Origin: a virus
IMG/VR virus record: IMGVR_UViG_3300035698_012122
Coordinates: 1-64,000 of that record
Reading direction: 5' to 3' (one strand)
DNA: 64,000 nt
Below are positions 40,302-49,741 of the stretch, piece by piece. The notes beneath the pieces were generated by a model. The model searched no databases. It saw only the letters and a list, made by a program, of their open reading frames with translations, and was not told the origin of the DNA. The stretch's first letter is position 1; every line of letters starts with the position of its first letter. A program made the position numbers and the translations under genes.

Positions 40302-42407
40302 ATGTTTAAAAAATTAAATAATGGAAGTAATGAACAGTTTGTAGGTGAAGCAAATGTGATTGCACCTATTACAACTATTTCTAATAGAGCAAAAATAGAA
40401 GCAAACTGTAAAGTTGTTGGCCCTACTGAAAGGATAGCTGTTAACTCACTTATTCAATTACATAATGAGTCAGGGCCTAATGGTGAAAAAGTTTTTACTA
40501 ATGGTAAAGAAGATTCAAGAATACGTTTTATAGGCAGTTGGATAACTCAGTTTGATGGAAATGCACAATTCGTATATACCACAACAATAGGTGTTTCAAT
40601 AGAAGTAACTTTTTATGGTACAGGTCTTAACACCTTATCTTTTATGAATGAAACAGATCGGGGTTTTTTAGTTGAATTAGACGGTGTTAGTCAACCAAAT
40701 ACTGTAATTACTGGTTCTGTTGTTTTGGCCAACAGAAACACTAAGACAAATGTTATAACAAATATAATAGATGACTTACCGCTTGATTGGTACACTGTGA
40801 AACTAACATCCCATGTTGACCAACCACTAATTTATGGTTTTGAAATATTAAATGAATCAAGTGAATTAGCTGTTTTATCTGGTTCGGTATATAAAAACGG
40901 CTATGAATACATATTAGAAAACGGAATTACACTACCATTTAAACCAGTTGGATATACAGGTGCAAATGGTGCTAGGGTTCTAGCACATATTAATACAGCA
41001 AACGGTTTAGCAGAACAATCTTTTAATGAAGTAGGTGTTCCAGCATATTTATCAAGTGCAGATCATGGAAACGAAGCAATAACCAGAAAAATAAATTGGA
41101 TAGAATTTGGAAGAAATCTTGGAAATGATTTTAGTACAGCGATCACAGGTGATGACCGTGCCTTCACTTTAGATGATGGCACAACTACATTATTAGGACT
41201 TGATGTTGAAGACAATACAACTTCAGAAGGGATTAAGACTGGCCCTTCAGACTATTTACTTATTACTTTTGAAGGTACTGGATTAGATTTAGAAGTGGAT
41301 TGGAGAGCATCAGGGATTAGTTGGCAACATTCTTTTGAGGTGGACGGTACAGCTATTGGTAACTTGTCAGGGGTATCACCTTCAACAAACTTCAACTCTT
41401 TAGTAAGATACAAAATATGTTCGGGCCTACCTTACGGTTCACATACAGTAAAAATAATTAGAGATACAGACCATTTTAGTATTCATAATTTTGTAATATA
41501 CCAACCTAAAAAACCTTCTATCCCAAAAGAAAGTTTTATACTAGCTGATTATAATATTAATTCTGATTACGTTTTTAACACTGATATAAGTATTGAAGCG
41601 TACTCAAGTGGTGTAATTGCAAAAACTGCTTTAAGAGAGATAACCTATACAGGAACTTGGGTTATTTCAAGCATAGGTACGAGAGTAAACGGTTTTCAAA
41701 ATACTGCAACGAGTGGTGTAGGTGCATCCTTTTCATATACCTTTGTAGGCACAGGTTTTGAACTTTTCACTCAGACAAATACTGTTTATTCTGGTGATGT
41801 GACTTTGGAAATAAATGATAATAGTGATTTATCAGGACTTACAACAAATGTTAGTGGTGGTTTTTCTGTAGTTAATGCGTTAACTGGACAAGTTAGTTTT
41901 GGTGATTCCAATCATGCTGGTGCAAAGTTTTCAATAAGCGATCTACCACATGACAAGTACACAATAAAATTCACTAACAACGCTGTTGCTAATATTCCAG
42001 TAGAAGGTATTAATATTATAACTCCAATTAGTTCATTCAACACTTCAAACGGCAATAACTCGTTAATTGATATGCGTGAACAGGTCAATGAATTAAGTGA
42101 AAAGTTTAGGGTTTCAGTAGACCTCATTGATAAGAAGGTACTAGATAGTAGAAATATAGTGCAGTGTTTAGATGTAGGTACAGGCCGTTTAGCAGTATAT
42201 TTTGAAAAAGTTTTTAAAGGTTTCTATACTGCTTTATCTATTTCAAACGCTGGTGAAAATAGGGTTTTTGCTACACCTAATAAAACGTCTACACCACCTG
42301 AAAAACATGGGTTCACAATGGAATCAGCAACAAGTGGTGGAGCTGATTCAGACCAAAGATACCAATCTTCAGTTGGGTTCGGTGATTTAGAAGATTATAA
42401 GGAATAG
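40302..42407 (+). CDS. Tail-associated protein with three jelly-roll/carbohydrate-binding-like repeats
   Basis: TF(Y/E/V)GTG occurs three times, each followed by LP..(Y/H)T(V/I)K. Confidence 0.65.
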   Translation: MFKKLNNGSNEQFVGEANVIAPITTISNRAKIEANCKVVGPTERIAVNSLIQLHNESGPNGEKVFTNGKEDSRIRFIGSWITQFDGNAQFVYTTTIGVSIEVTFYGTGLNTLSFMNETDRGFLVELDGVSQPNTVITGSVVLANRNTKTNVITNIIDDLPLDWYTVKLTSHVDQPLIYGFEILNESSELAVLSGSVYKNGYEYILENGITLPFKPVGYTGANGARVLAHINTANGLAEQSFNEVGVPAYLSSADHGNEAITRKINWIEFGRNLGNDFSTAITGDDRAFTLDDGTTTLLGLDVEDNTTSEGIKTGPSDYLLITFEGTGLDLEVDWRASGISWQHSFEVDGTAIGNLSGVSPSTNFNSLVRYKICSGLPYGSHTVKIIRDTDHFSIHNFVIYQPKKPSIPKESFILADYNINSDYVFNTDISIEAYSSGVIAKTALREITYTGTWVISSIGTRVNGFQNTATSGVGASFSYTFVGTGFELFTQTNTVYSGDVTLEINDNSDLSGLTTNVSGGFSVVNALTGQVSFGDSNHAGAKFSISDLPHDKYTIKFTNNAVANIPVEGINIITPISSFNTSNGNNSLIDMREQVNELSEKFRVSVDLIDKKVLDSRNIVQCLDVGTGRLAVYFEKVFKGFYTALSISNAGENRVFATPNKTSTPPEKHGFTMESATSGGADSDQRYQSSVGFGDLEDYKE

Positions 42408-42409
42408 AT

Positions 42410-43075
42410 ATGAGAGTATTTGGTAAAGAAAAAATTCAAAAAATATCAAAGTCATCTAGCACTTTAGTTAGTTGGGCCAGTGGTTCTAAAGTTCATCTAG
42501 GTGCTGAAGCATTTGATGTTTCAACTATTTTAACATTAGATACTAGTTTATCTGGTGCTGGTGGTATGGAGAGTGGTTTGGCCGTTAGAGGTTTTTACTA
42601 CGTCTACGTTGTGTTGGATGTTGGAAATGTTAAATTAGTTGGTTCTACTTCTAGTATTAAACCAAGCTACGATGTATATAAAAAGGTAGGTGCTTTTTAC
42701 TTAGGGGCCTCACTACAGATAATGAATGTTTACTACCTAAACGAAATCGTAAAAATCACATCTACAGTTTTTGTAGACGGTTCTGCAAACATATTTGAAG
42801 ATGAAGACGGTGCTTTTGAAAGCGTAACACAGGTTGGAACAGGTCTACATGATATAGCACTACCTGTTGACAAGTACGCTGTAATACCTTTTATAAATGT
42901 TATCCACCAAGACACAAACGACTCTGGTGCATACACTGCCAGAACCATAGGTGTACCAACAACAACATTGGTAAGAATGGCCAATTGGGGTTCTAACGCA
43001 AAAATAGATACAGAGTTTTATCGCTATGTTTTAACTAGATCAGATGTTGATGCTAGACAACCAGATTGGAATTAA
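42410..43075 (+). CDS. Tail fibre/receptor-binding module
   Basis: GAGGME..YYVYVV..VGAFY pattern; within fibre cluster. Confidence 0.5.
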   Translation: MRVFGKEKIQKISKSSSTLVSWASGSKVHLGAEAFDVSTILTLDTSLSGAGGMESGLAVRGFYYVYVVLDVGNVKLVGSTSSIKPSYDVYKKVGAFYLGASLQIMNVYYLNEIVKITSTVFVDGSANIFEDEDGAFESVTQVGTGLHDIALPVDKYAVIPFINVIHQDTNDSGAYTARTIGVPTTTLVRMANWGSNAKIDTEFYRYVLTRSDVDARQPDWN

Positions 43076-43090
43076 ATTTAAGGACATAAC

Positions 43091-44416
43091 ATGAGTCAAA
43101 ACGGAAACAATGATGACATTATAGAGAAGAAGGACTTAGAAAATCAAAAACTTGGTAAGACAAGATATATTGATTTAGAGTTTTCACATAAGTCAGTAGG
43201 TGGTGAAACATTTATTAACTTTTCTGCTTTGGTTACTCCACCAGAGTATTCAGCATTGGATGGATTTACAAACCCATCACCAGCTTCACTAATTGAAGCA
43301 ACAATTAGATATAACAAACCTAATGTTGAAATATCTTCAACAGGTGAACGTGGTAAATTATTTCATAGAGAAGATTATATAATCACATCTAACGGTGGAA
43401 TTAAATTATTATATGAAACAGTTGAAAACGAAATTATATCAGGTGTTATAAGATCAATAGTTAGAAACCAACCAGCAATTTTAGATGTTTCTAAAGTTGT
43501 TAAAACTGGTGATTTAGCTGAAGGCCAAACTACTTTTGTAATTGGTCAATCATTTGGGTTATTTGATAACCCATCAGAACAGATTGGTGCAGTTGTTGTT
43601 CTAAGATTTAAAGGTGAAGAAACACCTGAAATGATGTTTAGAAATGAAGGCAACTTACCAAATGGGATAGGTAACTATTACGAAGTAGATGGTGGAAACA
43701 ATCTATGTAATACAATTGAGTTTAATGAAGCTGGTCAAGTAGACGGTGAACACATTGTAGTTTATTCCTATGCTCTACAGGTTGGGAAACCACAGGCCTC
43801 TTATCAAGCTGAATTAGAGACAATGGGTGGACAATTAGATGTTGTAACAGAGTTTCTAACTGCAATACATGGTCTAGGTTCTAATATTTTTCAAACAGTT
43901 GCTAATCAAATTGATCTAGCTTCTTTTGGACAAAAGGTAGCAGAATTATATGGAATCATAGTTGGTGCTGTAGCTTTTCCAGCTAGTTTTCTAGCAAAAT
44001 TAAAATTAGTTTTTGGGGTAACAAAATTTCAAACAAAGTATTTAGTGACTACACCAGTAGCAACAGGTATTATGACCGAAATAACATATAACAATTTGGT
44101 GATTGGAAGATCATATGCAGTATCTACCAAGTTTAGACAAGTAGACACTACAACATCTACCAATGAGAAATATACAGTAGTAACTATACGAAATGGTGCA
44201 ACTATATTGGGTATTGATTACGCTAGAGCAATTAATCTTTCTAGGGTTCAAGTACCACTGAATACCAGAATAGTCTTCACTGCTACAGCTATAGATGTAA
44301 CTTTTGATCTAGCTGGAAAAACAAATAGTAGTCTTTCAGGAAACGGAACTTCAACAAACTCGTATGTTCAATTAGAAGAACTACCAAACCATGTTGAAAC
44401 AAATGATTTCGATTAA
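43091..44416 (+). CDS. Tail fibre protein with C-terminal tip domain
   Basis: C-terminal TKFQTK..YNNLVIGRSY..VQLEE domain paralogous to 44664..45149. Confidence 0.6.
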   Translation: MSQNGNNDDIIEKKDLENQKLGKTRYIDLEFSHKSVGGETFINFSALVTPPEYSALDGFTNPSPASLIEATIRYNKPNVEISSTGERGKLFHREDYIITSNGGIKLLYETVENEIISGVIRSIVRNQPAILDVSKVVKTGDLAEGQTTFVIGQSFGLFDNPSEQIGAVVVLRFKGEETPEMMFRNEGNLPNGIGNYYEVDGGNNLCNTIEFNEAGQVDGEHIVVYSYALQVGKPQASYQAELETMGGQLDVVTEFLTAIHGLGSNIFQTVANQIDLASFGQKVAELYGIIVGAVAFPASFLAKLKLVFGVTKFQTKYLVTTPVATGIMTEITYNNLVIGRSYAVSTKFRQVDTTTSTNEKYTVVTIRNGATILGIDYARAINLSRVQVPLNTRIVFTATAIDVTFDLAGKTNSSLSGNGTSTNSYVQLEELPNHVETNDFD

Positions 44417-44425
44417 GGATAAATT

Positions 44426-44653
44426 ATGAATTATGGAAGTATATTTTCACCTAAATGGTTAACAAGATTAGTTGTTCTAATCTTTCCAGATATAGCATCT
44501 TTATTAAAACAAAATGTTGCCTATGTAACTGATACAAAACCAAACGGCACTGCTGGTAATCTTTTATCTGGAAATGGTTCAATAAGTGAAACATGGGTAG
44601 CATTAGAAGAGTTAACACGACAAGAAGTAACTACTAAGTTTAATTCAATTTAA
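44426..44653 (+). pseudogene. Internally deleted or chimeric fibre-tip gene (75 aa)
   Basis: N-terminus like 44664 gene, C-terminus (LSGNG..LEEL) like 43091 gene, central domain missing; RBS intact. Confidence 0.5.
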
Positions 44654-44663
44654 GGGATAATAT

Positions 44664-45149
44664 ATGTTTAGTACATTTACAAAAAAATGGTTTGATAAAT
44701 TGGTTAGTAGCTCTTACTTTTTAAGTACTCTGCAATCTTTTTTTGGAATAACTTGTTATCAAACGAAGATATTAACAGCAGATCAAGTTAACAAAAGTAA
44801 TTTTGAAATGACCGATCTAACATTTAATAATTTAATTATTGGAAGATCATATGAAATACTAGGCCATTTTATGTTAAGAGTTGATGATGGTGGAGCAACA
44901 TTTGTAAAATGTAAGAACAATGGAAATGTATTAGCACAGGTTCAATACAATTCTGCTTCTGGTGGGACGGCCGCGATTACAGACTATGCTATGGCAACAG
45001 GTACTTTTGTAGCACAAGCAACAACTGTAGTATTTGAAGCAACGTGTGCAACAGCTAGTAGAACAGTAGTTGGTAGTCTAGGAACTAGGGAACATTCTTT
45101 TGTGCAAATAAGAGAAGTATTCAATCATAAAGTAACTGCTAAGTTTTAA
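44664..45149 (+). CDS. Stand-alone fibre tip/receptor-binding module
   Basis: YQTKIL..FNNLIIGRSY..FVQIRE; shares ATTGGAAGATCATATG with the 43091 gene. Confidence 0.6.
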   Translation: MFSTFTKKWFDKLVSSSYFLSTLQSFFGITCYQTKILTADQVNKSNFEMTDLTFNNLIIGRSYEILGHFMLRVDDGGATFVKCKNNGNVLAQVQYNSASGGTAAITDYAMATGTFVAQATTVVFEATCATASRTVVGSLGTREHSFVQIREVFNHKVTAKF

Positions 45150-45164
45150 TTAAGGAAATAAATT

Positions 45165-46271
45165 ATGTATAATTCACCAAGAATAGATGACCTAGAAAAG
45201 AAACAATTAAAAAATTATATTATCAATGGTAATTTTGATTTTTGGCAACGTAATACTTCTTTTACTGGTGCTTTTGTTAATTTTGATTTCACATCTGACA
45301 GGTGGAGATACCAAGAAAATTCAGCAGTTGGTGGGGTAACTATAGCACAGTCTTCAACAGTTCCACCAAATGGTAAATCAAAATATTCTACACTTATTGT
45401 AGCTACTACAGGACTTGGAGATAAAAGTGGTTGGCTATCAAACGAATTAGGTTATCTAGCAACGTACATAGAAGCTAGTTTTTCTGTAGGACTTAAGGGT
45501 AAAGATTTTAAAGTTGGTTTCTGGATTCAGTCAGCTAAAGCTGGAAACATTAGAATAAATATGCACTCTCATAGTGATGGAAATCCAGTTAGCGATTACG
45601 CATTTGAGACTAGTGTTATTATAAACCAAGCAAACACATGGGAATTTAAAACATTTGATGTTCCAGCAACACCTTCTAATTTAGCTTCTGATAATGGAAG
45701 GGGAATTACTTTATCTTTTCTAACGGCCAGCGGTTCTAGTTTGCATAGTTCTAATGCAGATGATGAGTGGGTATTAGATGATGCTACAAGGGGTAAAGCA
45801 GTTGATACAAACCTTCTTGAAAATACAAACGACTACATAAGACTATCTCAAGTTCAATTAGTTGAAAGTGAAGTGGAATTAGAAGATGATTCATTTCAAT
45901 TAGCTGGTGGAAATTGGTTTGGTGAATATGATTTGTGCAAAAGATATTTCCAAAAAAGTTGGGCATTAGCTTTACCAGTAGGGTCTGCTACAAATGAAGG
46001 ATGTGTTGGAATAACAGATTGCGACAGTACTTCAGTTCTAGCATCAACAAACATTAGTTTTGTACCAGTTATGCGTACTAGTCCAGCAATGGCATCTTAT
46101 TCCCATAGTGGTTTAATTGGAAGGGCCACTAGACAAGCAAACAGCACACTTAGATCGGGTAGTGGTAACTTCATTGAGGCCAGTCCAAGAGGTTGTGGAA
46201 GGTATCAATTCGGAGCTTCTGTTGCTACAGACCCTTCACGAGCACATTTTGCAGCAGATGCGGAACTATAA
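45165..46271 (+). CDS. Tail fibre/CBM-like protein (paralog A)
   Basis: NYIINGNFDFWQR..DRW..LCKRYFQKS..ADAEL. Confidence 0.7.
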   Translation: MYNSPRIDDLEKKQLKNYIINGNFDFWQRNTSFTGAFVNFDFTSDRWRYQENSAVGGVTIAQSSTVPPNGKSKYSTLIVATTGLGDKSGWLSNELGYLATYIEASFSVGLKGKDFKVGFWIQSAKAGNIRINMHSHSDGNPVSDYAFETSVIINQANTWEFKTFDVPATPSNLASDNGRGITLSFLTASGSSLHSSNADDEWVLDDATRGKAVDTNLLENTNDYIRLSQVQLVESEVELEDDSFQLAGGNWFGEYDLCKRYFQKSWALALPVGSATNEGCVGITDCDSTSVLASTNISFVPVMRTSPAMASYSHSGLIGRATRQANSTLRSGSGNFIEASPRGCGRYQFGASVATDPSRAHFAADAEL

Positions 46272-46283
46272 AGGAAATAAATT

Positions 46284-47276
46284 ATGGCTTTTAAAACGAA
46301 AGTAGTAAAACGAAATTTAGATGTTAAAAACATAATCATAAATGGTGGAATGGAATTTGCCCAAAGAAGAGTTCCATCAACTGCTATGACGACAGCTAAT
46401 GATTACTATTCTTTAGACAGATATAAATTAAAAATGGCTGGTGGTGCAACTGCTGGAACATCTAACAGGGCATTGTGGACACCAAATGATCGTGGCCTAC
46501 ACGCTTTACAAACAAATTTTACACCAACTATTTCAAGTCACAGAATAGATATTGCACAATATATAGAATCTAAAAATGTTAGACATTTAGAAGGTGAAAA
46601 AGCAAGTTTTGGATTTTGGGTTTACAGTGGAAGTGCTACAGAAGTTATTTATCAGGTTAGGACACCAACAGTTGAAGATAATTTTTCTTCTGTAGATGCA
46701 AATATGTTTGACGGTACTTTAGTTGTTCCATCTTTAAATACTTGGCATTTTTTAGAAATTCCAAATATGTTAATGACTTCAGATATTGTTAGAGGTTTAG
46801 AAATATTTATTGGTTTTCAAAACATGAGTGTTTTAAATGTAGATGTTCAACATTTTACAACACAATGGATGTTTCATGAAGGTGAAGAAACAGTTCCATT
46901 TAATAGGTTTGGAGATAATTACGAAGAAGAATTAGTAGCTTGTCAAAGGTATCTTGAAAAAAGTTATGATATTGATACTGATATTGGAAATGCAACTAGT
47001 GTAGGTGCTAGAACAAAAAGATGCTTATCTCAAACAAGTAGTGGTCATGTTTTTGATAACATAGACTTTAAAGTTACTAAAAGAACTATACCTTTACATA
47101 ATGTTTACGCAACACAATCTAGTTTACTAGATAGAATGAGAAACGTAACAAATAATAACAATTTAGAAATTTTGTACAAAAATGCTAATGAAAATGGTTT
47201 CTATGTGCAAAACAATAATACCTTAACCAGTGGTTCTTTTTACGAATGGCATTGGGCGGTAGAAGCAGAATTATAA
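46284..47276 (+). CDS. Tail fibre/CBM-like protein (paralog B)
   Basis: NIIINGGMEFAQR..DRY..ACQRYLEKS..VEAEL. Confidence 0.7.
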   Translation: MAFKTKVVKRNLDVKNIIINGGMEFAQRRVPSTAMTTANDYYSLDRYKLKMAGGATAGTSNRALWTPNDRGLHALQTNFTPTISSHRIDIAQYIESKNVRHLEGEKASFGFWVYSGSATEVIYQVRTPTVEDNFSSVDANMFDGTLVVPSLNTWHFLEIPNMLMTSDIVRGLEIFIGFQNMSVLNVDVQHFTTQWMFHEGEETVPFNRFGDNYEEELVACQRYLEKSYDIDTDIGNATSVGARTKRCLSQTSSGHVFDNIDFKVTKRTIPLHNVYATQSSLLDRMRNVTNNNNLEILYKNANENGFYVQNNNTLTSGSFYEWHWAVEAEL

Positions 47277-47297
47277 ATCAATTAATTAGGGGAATAT

Positions 47298-48284
47298 ATG
47301 AAAGTTTTAATAGTAAGAGAAGCATTTAACGGTAAAGAAGTTGGTCATATTGAATCAATTGTTGAAAACAATGACCCTGTACTAGAACAAAAAAATCAAC
47401 ATAGGTTTTTTGCTAATATGGATATTATTAATTTACCAGATGAATTAATTGATAAACCAATTTCAGTAATTACTTTAGAAGCTGTAGACGCTTTTTGGAG
47501 CAAAGAAGGGGAATCAGATTTAACTGAAGAACCTAGAATTGCAGATCATTGGATTAAAGATGGTGTAACTATTTGGGATGCACCAATGATAGAAGAGTTT
47601 TGGTCTAAAGATGGTGAATCAGATTTAGCTATCCAACCACTAATTAATAAGTGGACTAAAGGTGGTGGAATAGCAGTATTTACCCAACCAATGACTGTTG
47701 AAAAATGGACTAAAGATGCTGAAGTAGATTTACTTGTAGACCCTGAAGACGTTTCATGGACACATTTTCCATCTGTTAATGATGAGTCATATGATTTTAT
47801 AGAAGATGCTAACGATGAATCATGGGCCTTTACTGAAGCTGGTGTTGACCAATCATACAGTCATGTACCATCAGTGTTTGATAACTCGTGGTCATATAGT
47901 CCAGCTATTAAAGAAGGTGATTTTGCAGTAGAATTAGATGTTGCAAAAGATAAACTGGAAAGAATAGCAGTATTAAAAACTGCTTTAGATACTGATTTAT
48001 ATATCAAAATGGCCGAAGCATATGGAACATCAGACCCAATTAGTGCAATAAGTAATTATTTAAATTGGCTATCAATGAAAAGTAGTCCATCAATATTTGC
48101 ATCTGCTGGTATAAAAGCAAGATTTAATATTGCTTCAGTAGTTGCTGGTGATGCATTGAACACCGATGAAGAAATTTTAGAATATGCCAATGGTTTACTA
48201 ACTGCTTCAGATACTTTTGCAGTTTACAGAGAAGTAGCAATTCAGGAATATATTGTTAATAAATTAGCGATTGAAGCCGAATAG
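47298..48284 (+). CDS. Fibre-associated protein with 5+5 nested repeats
   Basis: Five WxKxG..P repeats then five DxS(W/Y) repeats; helical C-terminus. Confidence 0.55.
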   Translation: MKVLIVREAFNGKEVGHIESIVENNDPVLEQKNQHRFFANMDIINLPDELIDKPISVITLEAVDAFWSKEGESDLTEEPRIADHWIKDGVTIWDAPMIEEFWSKDGESDLAIQPLINKWTKGGGIAVFTQPMTVEKWTKDAEVDLLVDPEDVSWTHFPSVNDESYDFIEDANDESWAFTEAGVDQSYSHVPSVFDNSWSYSPAIKEGDFAVELDVAKDKLERIAVLKTALDTDLYIKMAEAYGTSDPISAISNYLNWLSMKSSPSIFASAGIKARFNIASVVAGDALNTDEEILEYANGLLTASDTFAVYREVAIQEYIVNKLAIEAE

Positions 48285-48316
48285 TAAACATAAGACGGAA
48301 ACATGATGGACAATAA

Positions 48317-48589
48317 ATGGCAAATACTAGTAGAATTATATCTAATAACGATGGTTTCTTTAAAGAAGAGGTCACGTTAGATAATACACAATTTACGAAT
48401 AAAGAAATAATTTTAACTAATACACCAGCTAGTCCAGAACAATTAACTGTACTACCAGTGTCGGGTGTTCCACAAAAGTACACCACTGACTTTATTGTAG
48501 TAGCAAATACATTAAGTTGGGATGGTAGAGGACTTGAAACAATTTTAGAAATAGGTGATACTTTAGTTATCATATATTCAATAAACTAG
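48317..48589 (+). CDS. Small virion domain protein
   Basis: Aligns with the C-terminal domain of 48606..49718 (E.TL..T..TN, QK..DF, GD.L.I.Y). Confidence 0.55.
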   Translation: MANTSRIISNNDGFFKEEVTLDNTQFTNKEIILTNTPASPEQLTVLPVSGVPQKYTTDFIVVANTLSWDGRGLETILEIGDTLVIIYSIN

Positions 48590-48605
48590 GAAGGGAGATA
48601 ATACA

Positions 48606-49718
48606 ATGAGTAGGTTATTAGGAAAATTTGTACAAGACAGTACAATCACAGATTTACAGATTAGATTAAGAAATAATTTAGCATTACGAGCTAGAAATGC
48701 TGGTAATACAGCAGATATTTCTGTTCTTAAAATTTCGGCAACGGATATTTTAACCATTCTTGGTGAAATGTCTATGGACTCAAATAAGATTACAGACCTA
48801 TTAGCTGGTACAGGCCCAAATGATGCTGTAAATCTATCTCAAGTTCAAGCATTGGTTTCTGGTTTAACAGACCCAAAAGATTCTGCTAGAGCTGGTTCAA
48901 CAGGTGCTCTACCAGCATTTACATATGACAACGGAACAGATGGTACTGGTGCAACTATGATAGCTGATGCCAATGGTGCATTACCTACTCAAGATGGTGT
49001 TGCATTAGGTATTGGTGATTCATATTTATATAAAGACGCAACTAATCCAGTTCATAATGGTATTTACGATATTGTTGCTTTAGGTGATGTTGGAAACCCA
49101 TGGTCAATGATTAGGTCTACTAACGCTTCCATCGGTGGTGGTGATGTTGTTGGACAACCAGTTGGTGAACAAGTTACTCAAGGTATGTATGTTCCAGTTG
49201 CACAAGGTTCTTTAAACGGTGGACTTGGATTTTTACTTTCAACTGTTGATCCAATTTCTTTAGGAACTTCTTCTTTAAATTTTGTTCAAATGGGCGAGAT
49301 TGTAAGTGCTGGTCAAGGACTTGTTAAAACTGGAAATGTTTTATCAGTTGATGATGGTGATGGTCTTGGATTTTCTGGAAACGAATTAGTTGTTATCGTT
49401 GATAATGACCTAGTTGACGGTTCTACCGATCTTAAATCTGGTGCTGTAGTAAGCAGAAAAGATTTTGAAGACGAATTTACTTTAAATGGAACTGATATTA
49501 CAAACGGATATGTTGATTTAGCAAAAGTTGCTTCACGAGATTCTATCCAATTATTTCCTAGATTCGGAATCAAGCAAAAGAAGGTTGTTGATTTCACCAT
49601 TTCTTATACTGGTGGAGCATCTTCAAAAACAAGAGTAACTTTTGCTGGTGATTTAGCATCTATAATTGCTTCTGGTGATGTACTAGACATTAATTATAGA
49701 AGTCTTGACTACGCTTAA
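48606..49718 (+). CDS. Fibre/decoration structural protein
   Basis: KITDL..DAVNLSQ, NGIY, AGQGL.K.GN.LSV motifs common in phage fibres. Confidence 0.65.
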   Translation: MSRLLGKFVQDSTITDLQIRLRNNLALRARNAGNTADISVLKISATDILTILGEMSMDSNKITDLLAGTGPNDAVNLSQVQALVSGLTDPKDSARAGSTGALPAFTYDNGTDGTGATMIADANGALPTQDGVALGIGDSYLYKDATNPVHNGIYDIVALGDVGNPWSMIRSTNASIGGGDVVGQPVGEQVTQGMYVPVAQGSLNGGLGFLLSTVDPISLGTSSLNFVQMGEIVSAGQGLVKTGNVLSVDDGDGLGFSGNELVVIVDNDLVDGSTDLKSGAVVSRKDFEDEFTLNGTDITNGYVDLAKVASRDSIQLFPRFGIKQKKVVDFTISYTGGASSKTRVTFAGDLASIIASGDVLDINYRSLDYA

Positions 49719-49741
49719 AACTGGATATAGGCGAATGATTT

